Notes under the pieces: generated by a model
What the model was told of the DNA's origin: nothing
Seen by the model: the letters and a program-made list of their open reading frames with translations, nothing else
The model's database searches: none
Shown: piece after piece, positions 44,086-55,131 of the stretch
Layout: the number at the start of each line of letters is the position of its first letter
How positions within the stretch are numbered: position 1 is the stretch's first letter
Translations under genes and position numbers: made by a program
NCBI GenBank assembly: GCA_964019335.1
Contig: OZ025685.1
Coordinates: forward strand, 186,001-250,000
From: Diplonema japonicum
Taxonomy: Eukaryota; Protista; Euglenozoa: Diplonemea
DNA length: 64,000 bases
Reading direction: 5' to 3'

Positions 44086-45609
44086 ATGAGCCGTCCGGTC
44101 ACTTTGAAAACAAACGAGAAAGATTTCTTCAAGGTGGTGAAAAGCGCCGAAGGAGGATGGGAGCTGCAAGCAATGCGATCAGGCGGGTGCAACAGCAACG
44201 GGATATTCTGCAAAGACCCAGAGGAGAAGATAGCTGAAGTGGAACTCCAGAGGCTGGTGGCTGCGACCCACGTGTTCGAGGGAAGCTGCAGCATAAGCAG
44301 CGGAGATATGTTAACCTGCCGCTTTGTAACCATCGACATGGCGTCACGGGGTATGAACCTTGACTACATCGTGTCAATGAAGGACATTAAAAAAACACTG
44401 GAGCCTTTGAAGAGGTATAAAGAAGAGATTCCTGAAGTCATGAGCGCAGAGCTGATGTGGACGATAGTCGAGACGAAAATGAACGAGATCAACATAAAAT
44501 GGGAAACGTCGCCGTCAGGCTCTGTCCTGGCCATGTGGGAGTTCTGCAACGAGGTCTGCGACATGACGCAACGCCTTCCGGATAATGTCAAAGGCTCGAA
44601 CCAATTCTTTTCGCAGTCTATACACATTATTTTCGATTATTTGAGCAACAAGGTCCTCCTCCATGTGCCTCACCGCGACCCACGCCTCTCTAAGTACGAT
44701 TTTACGCGCGACAAGGACCTCCTACGTAATCGCGAGAAACTGCTTCGCCGTGCCAAAGGCCTCGCAAAGGTCGTCGACGGACGTATCAACATCCAAGCCC
44801 GCCACAAGCTGAACTCCAGCAAGCACTTTGAATTCTACCTCCCTAAGTCGCAGTTTGTCAACGCCACCGCTGGTAAAACCACCGGGATTTGCAAAACCTG
44901 CAACGCCGAAAAACTCATCAACCGCGTTCTCGAGCTCTGCGCAGACTGCCACGCCGAGCAGGTGGTCTGGGACACGTCTGCAACCGATGCCGATTGGGGC
45001 GACCTTCCGCAAGAAGTACCGGTTAAAAAGGAACCCACCTCCGGTGATACACGGCGTGGGCGGGACAAGAAAACCACATCGGATCCAGCAGACAGCGCGC
45101 AAAACAGCAAAGCACAAAGTGCAAAAGACAACGCGAAGGGCAGTGCAAAAGGCAGTGCAAAAGACAACGCGAAGGGCAGTGCAAAAGATAGTGTAAAGGG
45201 CTCAGAAGACAAACCCCGAAACATCGTTAAAACTGCCGAAGAACGCTCCACGGTGAAGACGGCCGGAAAGGGAGTCAAAGACGCAAGGAAGCAAACTATC
45301 GAAGACATGGTCCAAGCAATGGATAAAGTGGAGGCACTGCTGTGGGCAGAAGACAAATTGCAACCCTACGGGGTGGACCGCGATACAATGGACGGCGAGT
45401 GGAGGGTGCAGGGGGACATCGACAAGTTCAAAAGCACCTCCGAGCTGGAACAGGCGGAGGTTCTCAAAGAAGCTTTGTGGGTGATACGGGGCTACGGATA
45501 CGAACCATTTGAAGCACCCCCCCCTGTCCAACCTGTAGGGACTGAGTTGACAACAGGCTTTTCTGGAATAGCTATCACAGTTAAGAAGAAGAAGAACAAG
45601 AAGAAATAG
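44086..45609 (+). CDS. Hypothetical protein with possible C4 zinc finger and AKGSAKD repeats
   Basis: 507-aa ORF starting after an A-run; CKTC..LCADC. Confidence 0.75.
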   Translation: MSRPVTLKTNEKDFFKVVKSAEGGWELQAMRSGGCNSNGIFCKDPEEKIAEVELQRLVAATHVFEGSCSISSGDMLTCRFVTIDMASRGMNLDYIVSMKDIKKTLEPLKRYKEEIPEVMSAELMWTIVETKMNEINIKWETSPSGSVLAMWEFCNEVCDMTQRLPDNVKGSNQFFSQSIHIIFDYLSNKVLLHVPHRDPRLSKYDFTRDKDLLRNREKLLRRAKGLAKVVDGRINIQARHKLNSSKHFEFYLPKSQFVNATAGKTTGICKTCNAEKLINRVLELCADCHAEQVVWDTSATDADWGDLPQEVPVKKEPTSGDTRRGRDKKTTSDPADSAQNSKAQSAKDNAKGSAKGSAKDNAKGSAKDSVKGSEDKPRNIVKTAEERSTVKTAGKGVKDARKQTIEDMVQAMDKVEALLWAEDKLQPYGVDRDTMDGEWRVQGDIDKFKSTSELEQAEVLKEALWVIRGYGYEPFEAPPPVQPVGTELTTGFSGIAITVKKKKNKKK

Positions 45610-45731
45610 CCTCGTTCTATATCCCCATTTTTCTTTGTTCCCCGTTGCCATCACACAACAAACCAACACAAAAAAATAGGGGGAGGTGGGAGAGGAAAAA
45701 AACATCTATTTTTTTTTTTTTTCCACTCCAA

Positions 45732-47996
45732 ATGCCCGTGAATATCAGCACCTGGCTGCGGGACCGAGCAAAAGGGAAGACATCAGGAAGCGAGGATGTC
45801 GTTAAAGAAATGGAGGTGAAGTGGTATGACTTGGGGAAGAGGATGCTAGCGCACACGAGGCCAGTGGAAAAAATAGTTTTCAGTGCAGACGGACGGTGGA
45901 TGGCGACGGCGGCGTCGTTGGGGGGTGTTAAGCTGTGGGACACGACTACGCTGAAACTGCTAGGGGTGGTGAAGCTGCCTTGTGCGACTGTGATGGAGCT
46001 TGCTGTACAGATTGATGGACACGCGATCGCACTGGCAAATTCCCACCTCCTTGCCGTCATGCCCTTGCATTTCTCCGGTTCCCCAGACCACCAGTCCGGT
46101 CGTATTCTAAAAAGCTGGACTACCCCAAGTGGACCAAAACCCGTCGCACCTTCGTTATCATGGTGTGGGATGTTTCTCGCCCTCGCCACCGGAGCCGCAT
46201 TGCACCTCTTCAAGCCACTCACAGGCAACTCTGAAGAGCATGACTATGAGCTGCCCTTTGTAGAAAACCCAACGATGGTCGCTTGGTGCACATCTACAAA
46301 AGTCCTTGCAGTTGCTTGCGCCAAGAAAATCTGGCTTCTTCACATTGTGTGGCCTTCGGGGTCGCCGAAGGTCAAGGTCTTGAAGGAAATCTCGATGGGT
46401 TTTGTCAACCTGCCGGGCATGATCTGGGCCGCAGATCAACCAGTCCTCCTCACTGCCAGCGCCAAAGGCTTCCCAGTGTTGTTCTCAGTGGTGCCTCCGC
46501 CATGCCGGCTCAAAGCTTCTCAAGGAACCCTTCAAGTTGCTGTTGGTATCCACAACAGTGAATCACAGTTCCGACCCATGAGGCACTTTACCAGCCCCCT
46601 AACCAACGGTACAGTGAGCTCACACGAGGTCATCGCAGTTTCTAAGCTGCGGAACACCACTGCGCCTCTCTGTGTCATGACACACTTGGGCAACAACGGC
46701 TTCTTGTACGTGTTGTGCAAGGAGAAGACCAGTGTCTCGTGGTCCCTCACCGTTTGGAGTTGCACAGACGTCGTCTTTTTTACCAGAGTCCTCCCTTTAC
46801 CAGATTTCTCTGCCCCCCTTCACGTGCGGTCCTACCCCAGACACAGTAACATTATCGCTGTCTTTACTGAACATTCCGAGATGCTGTTCTTCAGCATCAG
46901 AGAGGGTCATCTAAAACAAATCGGTGCTCTCTACGTGACGGGAGAGCCCGACTACCGCAACGCGCCCTGCGGTCCCGTTTTCCACCCCAACGGCTTTCTT
47001 GTGATCCCCGACACACTCAGCACCCTCGCTGTCTTCACCCTAGACAGGGCCGATAGACTGGCCGAGGCACCCTGCCAGCAATTCTTCGAAAGCGAACACC
47101 AAGAGACAGAGCACCTGACGACCATTCTGCCCGCCGAGCAAGGCACCCCCGATATACACACCGACACACTGTCCTACGAGCTCGTCATTGACTGGCTCCT
47201 TTCATCGTCCCCGCTGACAATGCCACCAGAAGAGGCCTTGCTCTTCACCATCGAGCAGGCACCGTTAGAGGACGAGTACACCACCACAGACTCGGGTGCA
47301 GCCATGTCACCCTCGTATACTGACTCAAGTTCTGACGATTCAGTGTACAGTCCGCAGTACTCGTGGCACTCGCTTTATTTGTCTGAGAACGCCACGAACT
47401 CGACCGCCACGAACAGCAGCAGCAGCTCGAGCTCTGACAGTCCAGGATCTCCGTCTATCCCCGCGCCTCCTCCTGTCCGTGCCCGTGCCAGGGCGCGAGG
47501 TGGCAGGGCGAGAGGGAGAGGTCGCGGACGGGGTCGTGGCAGGGCAAGAGCCGTCAGTAGCACCAGTGAGAGTGAAAGTAGCAGCGGGAGCGGTAGCGTG
47601 AGTGGTAGCAGCAGCAACAGTGAAAGCAAGAGTGAAGGGAGCACCTCTTCGTCGGAGTCATCTTCCTCGACAAAGGTACCACGGAGGAGGGGCGGGCAAA
47701 GGACGGGGGGCAGGCCACCGACTACAGGGAGGGGCAGGTCACGGGCGAGGGGTAGAGGGAATGCGTCCCGAAGGCGAGCCGCCACCTCCTCTTCCTCTTC
47801 CTCTTCCTCCTCCTCCTCCGACGACGACAACGACAACGACTCCCCGACAACTAGTTCCTCCGATTCCTCTCCTAGTTCTAGCCCAAGCCCGCCACGCCCA
47901 CGCAGTCGCAGGCAGAGAGAGCCCACCCACGATACGACCAGCACAACATCCAGCAGCTCATCTGACCCACGGCCGCGAAAGAAGCGGCGGACATAG
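45732..47996 (+). CDS. WD40-repeat protein with Ser- and Arg/Gly-rich disordered tail
   Basis: AHTRPVEKIVFSADGRWMATAASLGGVKLWD; poly-Ser and RGRGRG tracts; terminal RKKRR. Confidence 0.8.
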   Translation: MPVNISTWLRDRAKGKTSGSEDVVKEMEVKWYDLGKRMLAHTRPVEKIVFSADGRWMATAASLGGVKLWDTTTLKLLGVVKLPCATVMELAVQIDGHAIALANSHLLAVMPLHFSGSPDHQSGRILKSWTTPSGPKPVAPSLSWCGMFLALATGAALHLFKPLTGNSEEHDYELPFVENPTMVAWCTSTKVLAVACAKKIWLLHIVWPSGSPKVKVLKEISMGFVNLPGMIWAADQPVLLTASAKGFPVLFSVVPPPCRLKASQGTLQVAVGIHNSESQFRPMRHFTSPLTNGTVSSHEVIAVSKLRNTTAPLCVMTHLGNNGFLYVLCKEKTSVSWSLTVWSCTDVVFFTRVLPLPDFSAPLHVRSYPRHSNIIAVFTEHSEMLFFSIREGHLKQIGALYVTGEPDYRNAPCGPVFHPNGFLVIPDTLSTLAVFTLDRADRLAEAPCQQFFESEHQETEHLTTILPAEQGTPDIHTDTLSYELVIDWLLSSSPLTMPPEEALLFTIEQAPLEDEYTTTDSGAAMSPSYTDSSSDDSVYSPQYSWHSLYLSENATNSTATNSSSSSSSDSPGSPSIPAPPPVRARARARGGRARGRGRGRGRGRARAVSSTSESESSSGSGSVSGSSSNSESKSEGSTSSSESSSSTKVPRRRGGQRTGGRPPTTGRGRSRARGRGNASRRRAATSSSSSSSSSSSDDDNDNDSPTTSSSDSSPSSSPSPPRPRSRRQREPTHDTTSTTSSSSSDPRPRKKRRT

Positions 47997-48134
47997 CCAC
48001 GGACAGAAAGAAGTGGGTCTTAAAGCAATGCCCTTCCATGTTTTCTAGTTTCTTCTTCTTCCTGACCTCAATCTTTTCCGCTCTTTGCAAGACATGAAAA
48101 ATATTTATAGAACACACAACACACAAATCTAAAA

Positions 48135-48392
48135 ATGGTCGGTGGCGCAACCCCCAGCCTCGGTGGAATGATCTCCGGCTCCTCGCCCACTGTCGGTGCG
48201 CCCAACCTGGGCGGGATGAACGGTGCCACCGTCACGCACTCTCAGCAGGCAGATGCAGCAGCTTCGAAGGCGAAGAAGTCACGCGATGCACTTGGGTACA
48301 TGACCCTTGGGTGCCCTGCGGGGCTCACTGCTGGTGCTAACAACATTTGTGGACACGCGAAGCCTACGATTGGGAAGATTCATGGACACTAA
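48135..48392 (+). CDS. 85-aa Gly/Ala-rich hypothetical protein, copy 1
   Basis: Three near-identical copies whose similarity runs from ATG to TAA. Confidence 0.8.
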   Translation: MVGGATPSLGGMISGSSPTVGAPNLGGMNGATVTHSQQADAAASKAKKSRDALGYMTLGCPAGLTAGANNICGHAKPTIGKIHGH

Positions 48393-48562
48393 ACTAGTAT
48401 CATTCGTACAATACGTTGGTGAGCCTTGGCTGGGGGCGCGGTTGTAGAGGGCCGTAATTTACACTAAGAACACACCTGTTGGTTTATGTTTATTTTTATT
48501 TTTTCCTTGATACATGTCAACCCACCTCTTATCAGTGACACTTTACACTAACTAAACTAAAC

Positions 48563-48820
48563 ATGGTCGGTGGCGCAACCCCCAGCCTCGGTGGAATGAT
48601 CTCCGGCTCCTCGCCCACTGTCGACGCCCCCAACCTGGGCGGGATGAACGGTGCCACCGTCACGCACTCTCAGCAGGCAGATGCAGCAGCTTCGAAGGCG
48701 AAGAAGTCACGCGATGCACTTGGGTACATGACCCTTGGGTGCCCTGCGGGGCTCACTGCTGGTGCTAACAACATTTGTGGACACGCGAAGCCTACGATTG
48801 GGAAGATTCATGGACACTAA
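48563..48820 (+). CDS. 85-aa hypothetical protein, copy 2 (G21D variant)
   Basis: Differs from copies 1 and 3 only at GGTGCG>GACGCC. Confidence 0.8.
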   Translation: MVGGATPSLGGMISGSSPTVDAPNLGGMNGATVTHSQQADAAASKAKKSRDALGYMTLGCPAGLTAGANNICGHAKPTIGKIHGH

Positions 48821-48988
48821 AAAAATATATATCTTTTTTTTAATATGAGATGAGACTACCACAATTTAATCCCCACCTTTTCTTTCCCCTCGTTCCTTTG
48901 TTTACACATTTCTTTTTCCATCTGGTTTCCCCCCTTTTCTCTGCTTCACGTTACGGAAAGGAGGGAGGGGAAGAAAAGGAACATCCCG

Positions 48989-49627
48989 ATGAATAAAAAA
49001 GTAGTGAAATCAGCAGGGGTGCTGCAGAGCTGCAGTAAAAGAGCAGGGGTCGAGATTGAGAAATGGGAAGATGTGGAGGAAGAATGCGTAAGGGTCTTGG
49101 AAGGGGTGATGAGTTATGTGAAACCTTGCTGCGGGGAGGAAGGAGTGCTTGAGGTTGGGGAACTGGGATGGGGTGGGCTAGGGGACTTGCCCGGGTGTGT
49201 AGAAGTCACGCAGGCTAAAACACTTCAGATGATTGATGAACTGTTGCTGGGGCTCAAAACACCTTTGGACGAGATGAAGGCGATAGCCTCCCTTTTGGAA
49301 GAACTTTTCGCAGAGGCACAGAGAGCCTACCTCGCTGTCTCAACCAACCCCCAACTGCATGTAGTATACCTTACTACCTGCGCCCCCTTCACCGACTACC
49401 TCTCCACCCTCAAAGCAGCTAGCACTGCCTTCCGCCTACAGTACATCATCAACAGAAACGTTTGCAGCTTCTCCACAACCCTCAAGGACTCGTCTGGCAC
49501 CACACGGGACAAGCTGGAAGCACTTTCTGAGGCTCTCTCCATCTCAATCTCCACTGTCAAGCAACGTGGGGCCATTGACTCAGACCACCTGTACCTCTTG
49601 CAGACGACAGGAGTCAGTGAAGCGTAG
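48989..49627 (+). CDS. C1orf109/AIRIM-like helical protein (tentative)
   Basis: Pattern W......C..L, LGDLPG..E..QAK.L..ID.LL..L, PFTDYL..L....FRLQY resembles C1orf109; recognised by eye only. Confidence 0.5.
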   Translation: MNKKVVKSAGVLQSCSKRAGVEIEKWEDVEEECVRVLEGVMSYVKPCCGEEGVLEVGELGWGGLGDLPGCVEVTQAKTLQMIDELLLGLKTPLDEMKAIASLLEELFAEAQRAYLAVSTNPQLHVVYLTTCAPFTDYLSTLKAASTAFRLQYIINRNVCSFSTTLKDSSGTTRDKLEALSEALSISISTVKQRGAIDSDHLYLLQTTGVSEA

Positions 49628-49723
49628 TTCGTTGGGTGGTTTCATACCCTTTTACCCCGCTCGCCCTTTTTCTTTGACAACATCACACATGAAAGAATAC
49701 ACAAAAAAACTTTAAAAAAAGAA

Positions 49724-49981
49724 ATGGTCGGTGGCGCAACCCCCAGCCTCGGTGGAATGATCTCCGGCTCCTCGCCCACTGTCGGTGCGCCCAACCTGGG
49801 CGGGATGAACGGTGCCACCGTCACGCACTCTCAGCAGGCAGATGCAGCAGCTTCGAAGGCGAAGAAGTCACGCGATGCACTTGGGTACATGACCCTTGGG
49901 TGCCCTGCGGGGCTCACTGCTGGTGCTAACAACATTTGTGGACACGCGAAGCCTACGATTGGGAAGATTCATGGACACTAA
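49724..49981 (+). CDS. 85-aa hypothetical protein, copy 3
   Basis: Identical to copy 1. Confidence 0.8.
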   Translation: MVGGATPSLGGMISGSSPTVGAPNLGGMNGATVTHSQQADAAASKAKKSRDALGYMTLGCPAGLTAGANNICGHAKPTIGKIHGH

Positions 49982-50080
49982 AAAAAAAAGAAAACCAACA
50001 ACAAACAAAACTCGTGTTACACTTACACTTTTTTCTTATTTCATTTTGATCCTCTGAGCCCATCACAGCACCTCACAGGC

Positions 50081-51295
50081 ATGGCCGTGGGCCACGGTGT
50101 ACACGATGCAGTTTCAAACAATGACACGGGGTGGTTGGAGATGTGGGCGGTGAGCAGGGAGTACGACGCGGGGGTTTTGGAAGAGAAGGATGGACACGGA
50201 CGAGGGCTGCTCCATGAGGCTGCGGAGAAGGGACATTCCGAAACAGTGAGGTGGCTGACGCAACACGGGGTTGCGGCAGAAACAAAGGACAACACAGGAG
50301 AGACCCCGATCGAGGCAGCTGTGAGGTGCGGGCACATACACATCGTGAAGCAGCTTCTCAACTACCCGGAGAAAGCTCAAACAACACTTCCGGAGTTGGC
50401 TTGCATGCATCCACCAGTTCTCAAGGCGGTGTTGACAAGGCTTTTAGCACCTCCCGTGTTCATGCCAATGTTGCTGGAGCTACAAGAACAAAACAGGGTG
50501 TTAAGGGAACAGCTGACAACGGTCGCGGCGCACCTCAAGCTGACGATCCCGCGGACGATGGACAACAACGATGTGAGAGGCGATGCGACGTCCAAGGTGC
50601 AAGGGACCGAACGAGAGGAACTGGAGAAAGAGCTCCTGCGGATGAAAGAAGCACGGGTTACAGCACCTTCCCCGCTTCGCGACCCTGTCCTGATGGGCTT
50701 GGGCGACCCTACCACGTATTCTTTAAATGAGAGCGATGCTGGGATTTGGACGTTAGAAGCACGCATTGCTGCGAGGCAAGCGGAGTTGGAGGACGGGCCC
50801 TTAAGCGACATCCAGCAGCAACGGATCGACGACGATAGGAGAATATTCAGAGAAGCCGCAGAGGTTGCAGAAGAAGCGTTGACGCGAGACCTCGCACCTC
50901 ACGTCCAGAGATGTTTGTCGTTAGAACGGCGGCATGAGGAGATGAAATCGATAAGAGCGCATCAGCAACTGCTGGACGATGAGCGGCGGAACCGGCTTGA
51001 ACAAGACTACAGAGAGCTGGAGGGGAAGGACCCTAACCTCAACAGCACGCTCGATCGCCAGAAGGCCGTTGTCAACCACCACCTCAGCCTCGAAATCAAG
51101 CGGTCCGAGCAAAAACAGCAAGCGAAGCTGCCCAAGCCGCCGTCGTCGTCCGTCTCTACAACCGCCAGCACCCCCACCGCACCTCACGCTTCTTCCAGCA
51201 GTACGAAGGTTTTCCTTACCAGGAAAGAACGTCTTTCCGCGGGGCTACCGCCAATATCGCAAAAGAAACACAACATAGTAGAACATCAAGAATAA
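50081..51295 (+). CDS. Ankyrin-repeat and coiled-coil protein
   Basis: GRGLLHEAAEKGHSETVRWL, DNTGETPIEAAVRCGHIHIVKQLL. Confidence 0.85.
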   Translation: MAVGHGVHDAVSNNDTGWLEMWAVSREYDAGVLEEKDGHGRGLLHEAAEKGHSETVRWLTQHGVAAETKDNTGETPIEAAVRCGHIHIVKQLLNYPEKAQTTLPELACMHPPVLKAVLTRLLAPPVFMPMLLELQEQNRVLREQLTTVAAHLKLTIPRTMDNNDVRGDATSKVQGTEREELEKELLRMKEARVTAPSPLRDPVLMGLGDPTTYSLNESDAGIWTLEARIAARQAELEDGPLSDIQQQRIDDDRRIFREAAEVAEEALTRDLAPHVQRCLSLERRHEEMKSIRAHQQLLDDERRNRLEQDYRELEGKDPNLNSTLDRQKAVVNHHLSLEIKRSEQKQQAKLPKPPSSSVSTTASTPTAPHASSSSTKVFLTRKERLSAGLPPISQKKHNIVEHQE

Positions 51296-51410
51296 CACAC
51301 AAACAACAAAAAAAAGTAAGTCTTAAATTTTTTTTTTTTTTTTTATATATTTACGCTATTTTTGTTATGTTGCGGGGGGGAAAGAAAAAGAAAAAGGGGG
51401 GGGGAAGCAA

Positions 51411-52685
51411 ATGTCCACCACCACCCACTATGAGTTCGGCGGCCCTTTCGGTGCCCTCATGACGATGCTGAGTCTTCCAGTAGTGATATGTTTCTTGTAC
51501 GTGAGCTGCACGGAACAGGGTTGCGTCCAAGGGGCCAATGTGCAAGACGTTTTTACAAGCTACGGAAGAGTCCCAGAGTGGGACGAGGTCTTCGATTTGA
51601 AGTCGGTAGGCATAGTAATGGGATGGATGCTGTACAACGCGGTGCTGTTCTACATTGTGCCGGGACCGATTATTCACGGGACGAAAATAGAAGCCGCGGG
51701 CAAACCGTACCACCTTCGTTACAAGATAAATGGTTTCAGATGCTTTTGGGTGACGATGGCCACGATACTTCCGTTCTTCGACCTCTCGTTTATTTACGAC
51801 GACTATCTAAAGCTTGCCTTCGCCACCGTTTGGCTGTCCATCGTCCTGTCCTTCTACCTATACGCAACATCTTTTAAAAAAAACGCTGTTTTAGCAAAAG
51901 GCGGCAACACGGGAAACCCGATCTACGATTTCTTCATTGGAAGGGAGCTGAACCCTCGTATTGGGGAGCTGTTCGATTTGAAAGAACTCTGCGAGCTCCG
52001 TCCTGGTCTTATCGGATGGGTTTTGATCAATATTGGGCTCCTCCAGAAGCAAATTCAGCTGGAAGGCGAGGCCAGCTGGGGGATGATCGCGGTGACTATC
52101 CTCCAAGGTCTCTACGTTGTCGATTCCCTGTACTTTGAAAAGGCTATTCTAACCACAATGGACATCACGGCTGATGGGTTTGGGTTCATGCTAGCCTTTG
52201 GGGACTTGGCATGGGTGCCGTTCACTTACACCTTGCAAGCGAGATATATAGTCGTTACAGGTACACAAGCAGCACCATCGGATGAGTTTGTGCTTGGTGC
52301 CGTGGTTCTATCTCTTGTTGGTTACACGATCTTCAGATTGTCAAATTATGAGAAGGATCAATATCGTACCGATCCAACTCATGTTTCAGTTGCAAAGCTT
52401 AAGACGCTCGACACCAATGTTAAAGGCCGCAAGCTTCTCATCTCAGGCTGGTGGGGCATGGCCCGGAAGATAAACTACACTGGTGATTGGCTTCAAGGCC
52501 TCGGCTGGTCCTTCCTCACGGGGACCGGTTCGATCATTCCCTTCTTCTACCCGATATATTTCTTTATTCTCCTCGTGCACCGAGCCCTGAGGGACGACGA
52601 GTCCTGTACTCGAAAATATGGCATTGAAATCTGGCAGCAGTACAAAAAACATGTTCCTTATTTATTTGTACCTTATGTTATTTGA
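51411..52685 (+). CDS. ERG24: Delta(14)-sterol reductase (ERG24/TM7SF2/LBR family)
   Basis: YEFGGPFG, GNPIYDFFIGRELNPRIG, ELRPGLIGW, TMDITADGFGFMLAFGDLAWVPF, LLISGWWGMARKINYTGD, HRALRDD..C..KYG. Confidence 0.95.
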   Translation: MSTTTHYEFGGPFGALMTMLSLPVVICFLYVSCTEQGCVQGANVQDVFTSYGRVPEWDEVFDLKSVGIVMGWMLYNAVLFYIVPGPIIHGTKIEAAGKPYHLRYKINGFRCFWVTMATILPFFDLSFIYDDYLKLAFATVWLSIVLSFYLYATSFKKNAVLAKGGNTGNPIYDFFIGRELNPRIGELFDLKELCELRPGLIGWVLINIGLLQKQIQLEGEASWGMIAVTILQGLYVVDSLYFEKAILTTMDITADGFGFMLAFGDLAWVPFTYTLQARYIVVTGTQAAPSDEFVLGAVVLSLVGYTIFRLSNYEKDQYRTDPTHVSVAKLKTLDTNVKGRKLLISGWWGMARKINYTGDWLQGLGWSFLTGTGSIIPFFYPIYFFILLVHRALRDDESCTRKYGIEIWQQYKKHVPYLFVPYVI

Positions 52686-53086
52686 TTCGCCAAAAGAGTG
52701 TGCTGATAATGTTTCCCCCCCTCCTCTTTTTTTTTTTTTTTCTCTCTCGTGGGGTTCATCCCAAGTAAAACAAACGAATATGTTCAGAAACAAAAGAACA
52801 AAGGGGGGGGGGGGGTAGAAGCGATAATACTTTCCATCAGGGTTTCAAACCAACCGATTTAGGAAAAAAATAAAAAAAAAAGAAAAGAGAAAGAAAAAAA
52901 AAGAGTGTTCTCACCTCCCTCTTTTTCCCCCCTTTTCTTTTCTCCTCTTTTGCTTACCCTTTCGTTTCTTTTGTCCCTCCACCCCCCCTTTTTTTCTTTT
53001 GTTCTCCCTTATCCCCCCTACAAAAATACGAATCACAAAAAAAAAAAAAAAAAAAAAACAAAGGAAAGCAAAAGAACCTTAAAACC

Positions 53087-54742
53087 ATGAGGAGCGCTGT
53101 GTTGATGGCCATGGTGGCCGCATCAACGGGGGTGATGGTGCAGGTGCACGAGCCCTCAATGATCCCTGCAGGGTGGAGGGCGACCTCAGAGAAGGTGGAT
53201 AGGAACGGTAAGTTCCGCGTGACTGTGGGTGTGAAGAGGTCGAACAAAGCTGCGCTTGACAAAATCTTCGAAGAGGTGTCGAACCCGCAGAGCGCGAACT
53301 ACCTGCAGTACCCAACATACGAGGAGATCGGCGACATTGTGAGGCCCTCTGCAGAGCACACCAGAGTCGTGAAGGAGTGGCTCAGCACCAACGGTGTTGA
53401 GGTGACCAAGGTGCACCCCCACGGTGACTACATCCACGCTGAGGCGACGGTTGCCCAGCTCGAGAAGATGGCCCACGGTGAGTTCCTGACCTACGAGCAC
53501 ACCTCCGGTGCCAAGATCTGGCGTCTCACCAGCGGCGTCCTCGTGTCTGCAGAGGTCGGTATCGCCATTGACACCTTCACCGGGTTCCACGGCTTCCCCC
53601 TCAACCCCATCGTTGTCGACAAGAAGCTGAAGGAGAAGGTTGGTCTTGCCGGGCGTGTCAACCCTGAGGTCTTCAGGAAGACCTACAACGTGACCGCCGT
53701 CCCCAAAACCGGGAAGCAGAACATCCAGGCCATCGCGCAGTTCCAGGGCCAGTACGTCGACGACAAGGACCTCGCTGACTTCTGCACCAAGTACGACGCG
53801 GGCTCCGACTGCAAGATCTCCAAGTACATCGGGAAGAACGAGCAGCAGCCGGGCATCGAGTCCATGCTCGACACCGAGTACATCATGTCCCTCAGCAACA
53901 CCGCCGAGACCTGGGTGTACTCCTACCCTAACATCGACTTCTGCGCGGACCTCGGCACCTTCGGGTCCGACGTGACCGGCGAGTCGACCTTCCCGTACAG
54001 CATCAGCATCAGCTACGGGAGCCAGAAGATCGACTACTGCTCGAAGGCCATCACGACCCGTCTCTCAGACGACATCCAGAAGATGGGCACCATGGGGATC
54101 ACCGTCATGATCTCATCGGGTGACGACGGCAGTGGTGGCGAGACCAGGCAGGGCAGCAACGGTGGCAAGCTGTCGCCGTCCTTCCCTGCGTCCATCCCTA
54201 CCTGCATCGCTGTGGGGTCCACCTACTACGTGAACGAGGTGTCTGGTGTGGAGCAGGCGACCACCCAGTTCGGGTCGGGTGGTGGTTTCTCGTACGACTT
54301 CCCTGTCCCCTCCTTCCAGGCGCAGCAGGTGCAGAGCTACCTGGCAAGTGTCAACAAGCCCAACGCGAAGTACGCCACTGGCAGAGGCTCTCCTGATGTG
54401 TCCGCCCTTGGCGAGTCATTCACCGTTGTTGAAGGCGGCTCCACCATCGCAGTTGGCGGGACCTCCTGCAGCTCCCCCTCATTCGCTGGTCTCGTGACCC
54501 TCCTGAACGAGGCCTGCCTGGCAGAGGGCGGGAAGACCATCGGCTTCGCCAACCCCCTCTTCTACCAGAACCCCAAAATGTTCACCGACATCACGAAGGG
54601 TACTAACGCCATTGGCGAGAACAGGGCTGCCGGTTGGGAGGCCATCAAGGGTTGGGATGCCTCCACCGGGCTCGGGACCCCAAACTTCGGCCTCATGCTG
54701 GGCGTCGTGAAGAACGCCTGCAAGAACGCCGCCCGTAAATGA
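53087..54742 (+). CDS. Secreted sedolisin/S53 peptidase (tripeptidyl-peptidase I-like)
   Basis: Signal peptide, prodomain VSNPQSANY, catalytic ESMLD, SSGDDG, GGTSCSSP, Ca-site GWDASTGLGTP. Confidence 0.95.
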   Translation: MRSAVLMAMVAASTGVMVQVHEPSMIPAGWRATSEKVDRNGKFRVTVGVKRSNKAALDKIFEEVSNPQSANYLQYPTYEEIGDIVRPSAEHTRVVKEWLSTNGVEVTKVHPHGDYIHAEATVAQLEKMAHGEFLTYEHTSGAKIWRLTSGVLVSAEVGIAIDTFTGFHGFPLNPIVVDKKLKEKVGLAGRVNPEVFRKTYNVTAVPKTGKQNIQAIAQFQGQYVDDKDLADFCTKYDAGSDCKISKYIGKNEQQPGIESMLDTEYIMSLSNTAETWVYSYPNIDFCADLGTFGSDVTGESTFPYSISISYGSQKIDYCSKAITTRLSDDIQKMGTMGITVMISSGDDGSGGETRQGSNGGKLSPSFPASIPTCIAVGSTYYVNEVSGVEQATTQFGSGGGFSYDFPVPSFQAQQVQSYLASVNKPNAKYATGRGSPDVSALGESFTVVEGGSTIAVGGTSCSSPSFAGLVTLLNEACLAEGGKTIGFANPLFYQNPKMFTDITKGTNAIGENRAAGWEAIKGWDASTGLGTPNFGLMLGVVKNACKNAARK

Positions 54743-55131
54743 TCGGGATAGGCAAACTGAACAAGAAGAAAAAAAAGAAATAACGAACACATAACACACA
54801 CAAAAAATACCACACCAACGTCCGAGAGTGGCTTCTTGCGGCTCCCTCGCCCCAACCTTCCGCTGTCATATTTGCATACATGAGCGTCTTGGTTTGGGGA
54901 AGCTGCATCCCTCTCTGTAAAGAAATATTTTCCCTGCTTTCTTTCTCTCGAAAGAAGTAATATATATTTTTTCTTCTTTCTTCTCTTTTTTTTTTTTTTT
55001 TCTCTTTTGCTTCGATAACCAACAAATGTTTCCATCCTTCACGCGTTTCTTTTTCTTCTTCTCCTCCTCCTTCTCCCTCCCTCCTTTCTCCTTTTCAAAT
55101 ATCCCAATAGAAAAAAAAAAGGAAAAAAAAA

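Noticed and set aside
52848-52861. AACCAACCGATTTA resembling the start of a euglenozoan spliced leader
   Set aside because: The conserved CAGTTTCTGTA..ATTG remainder is absent.
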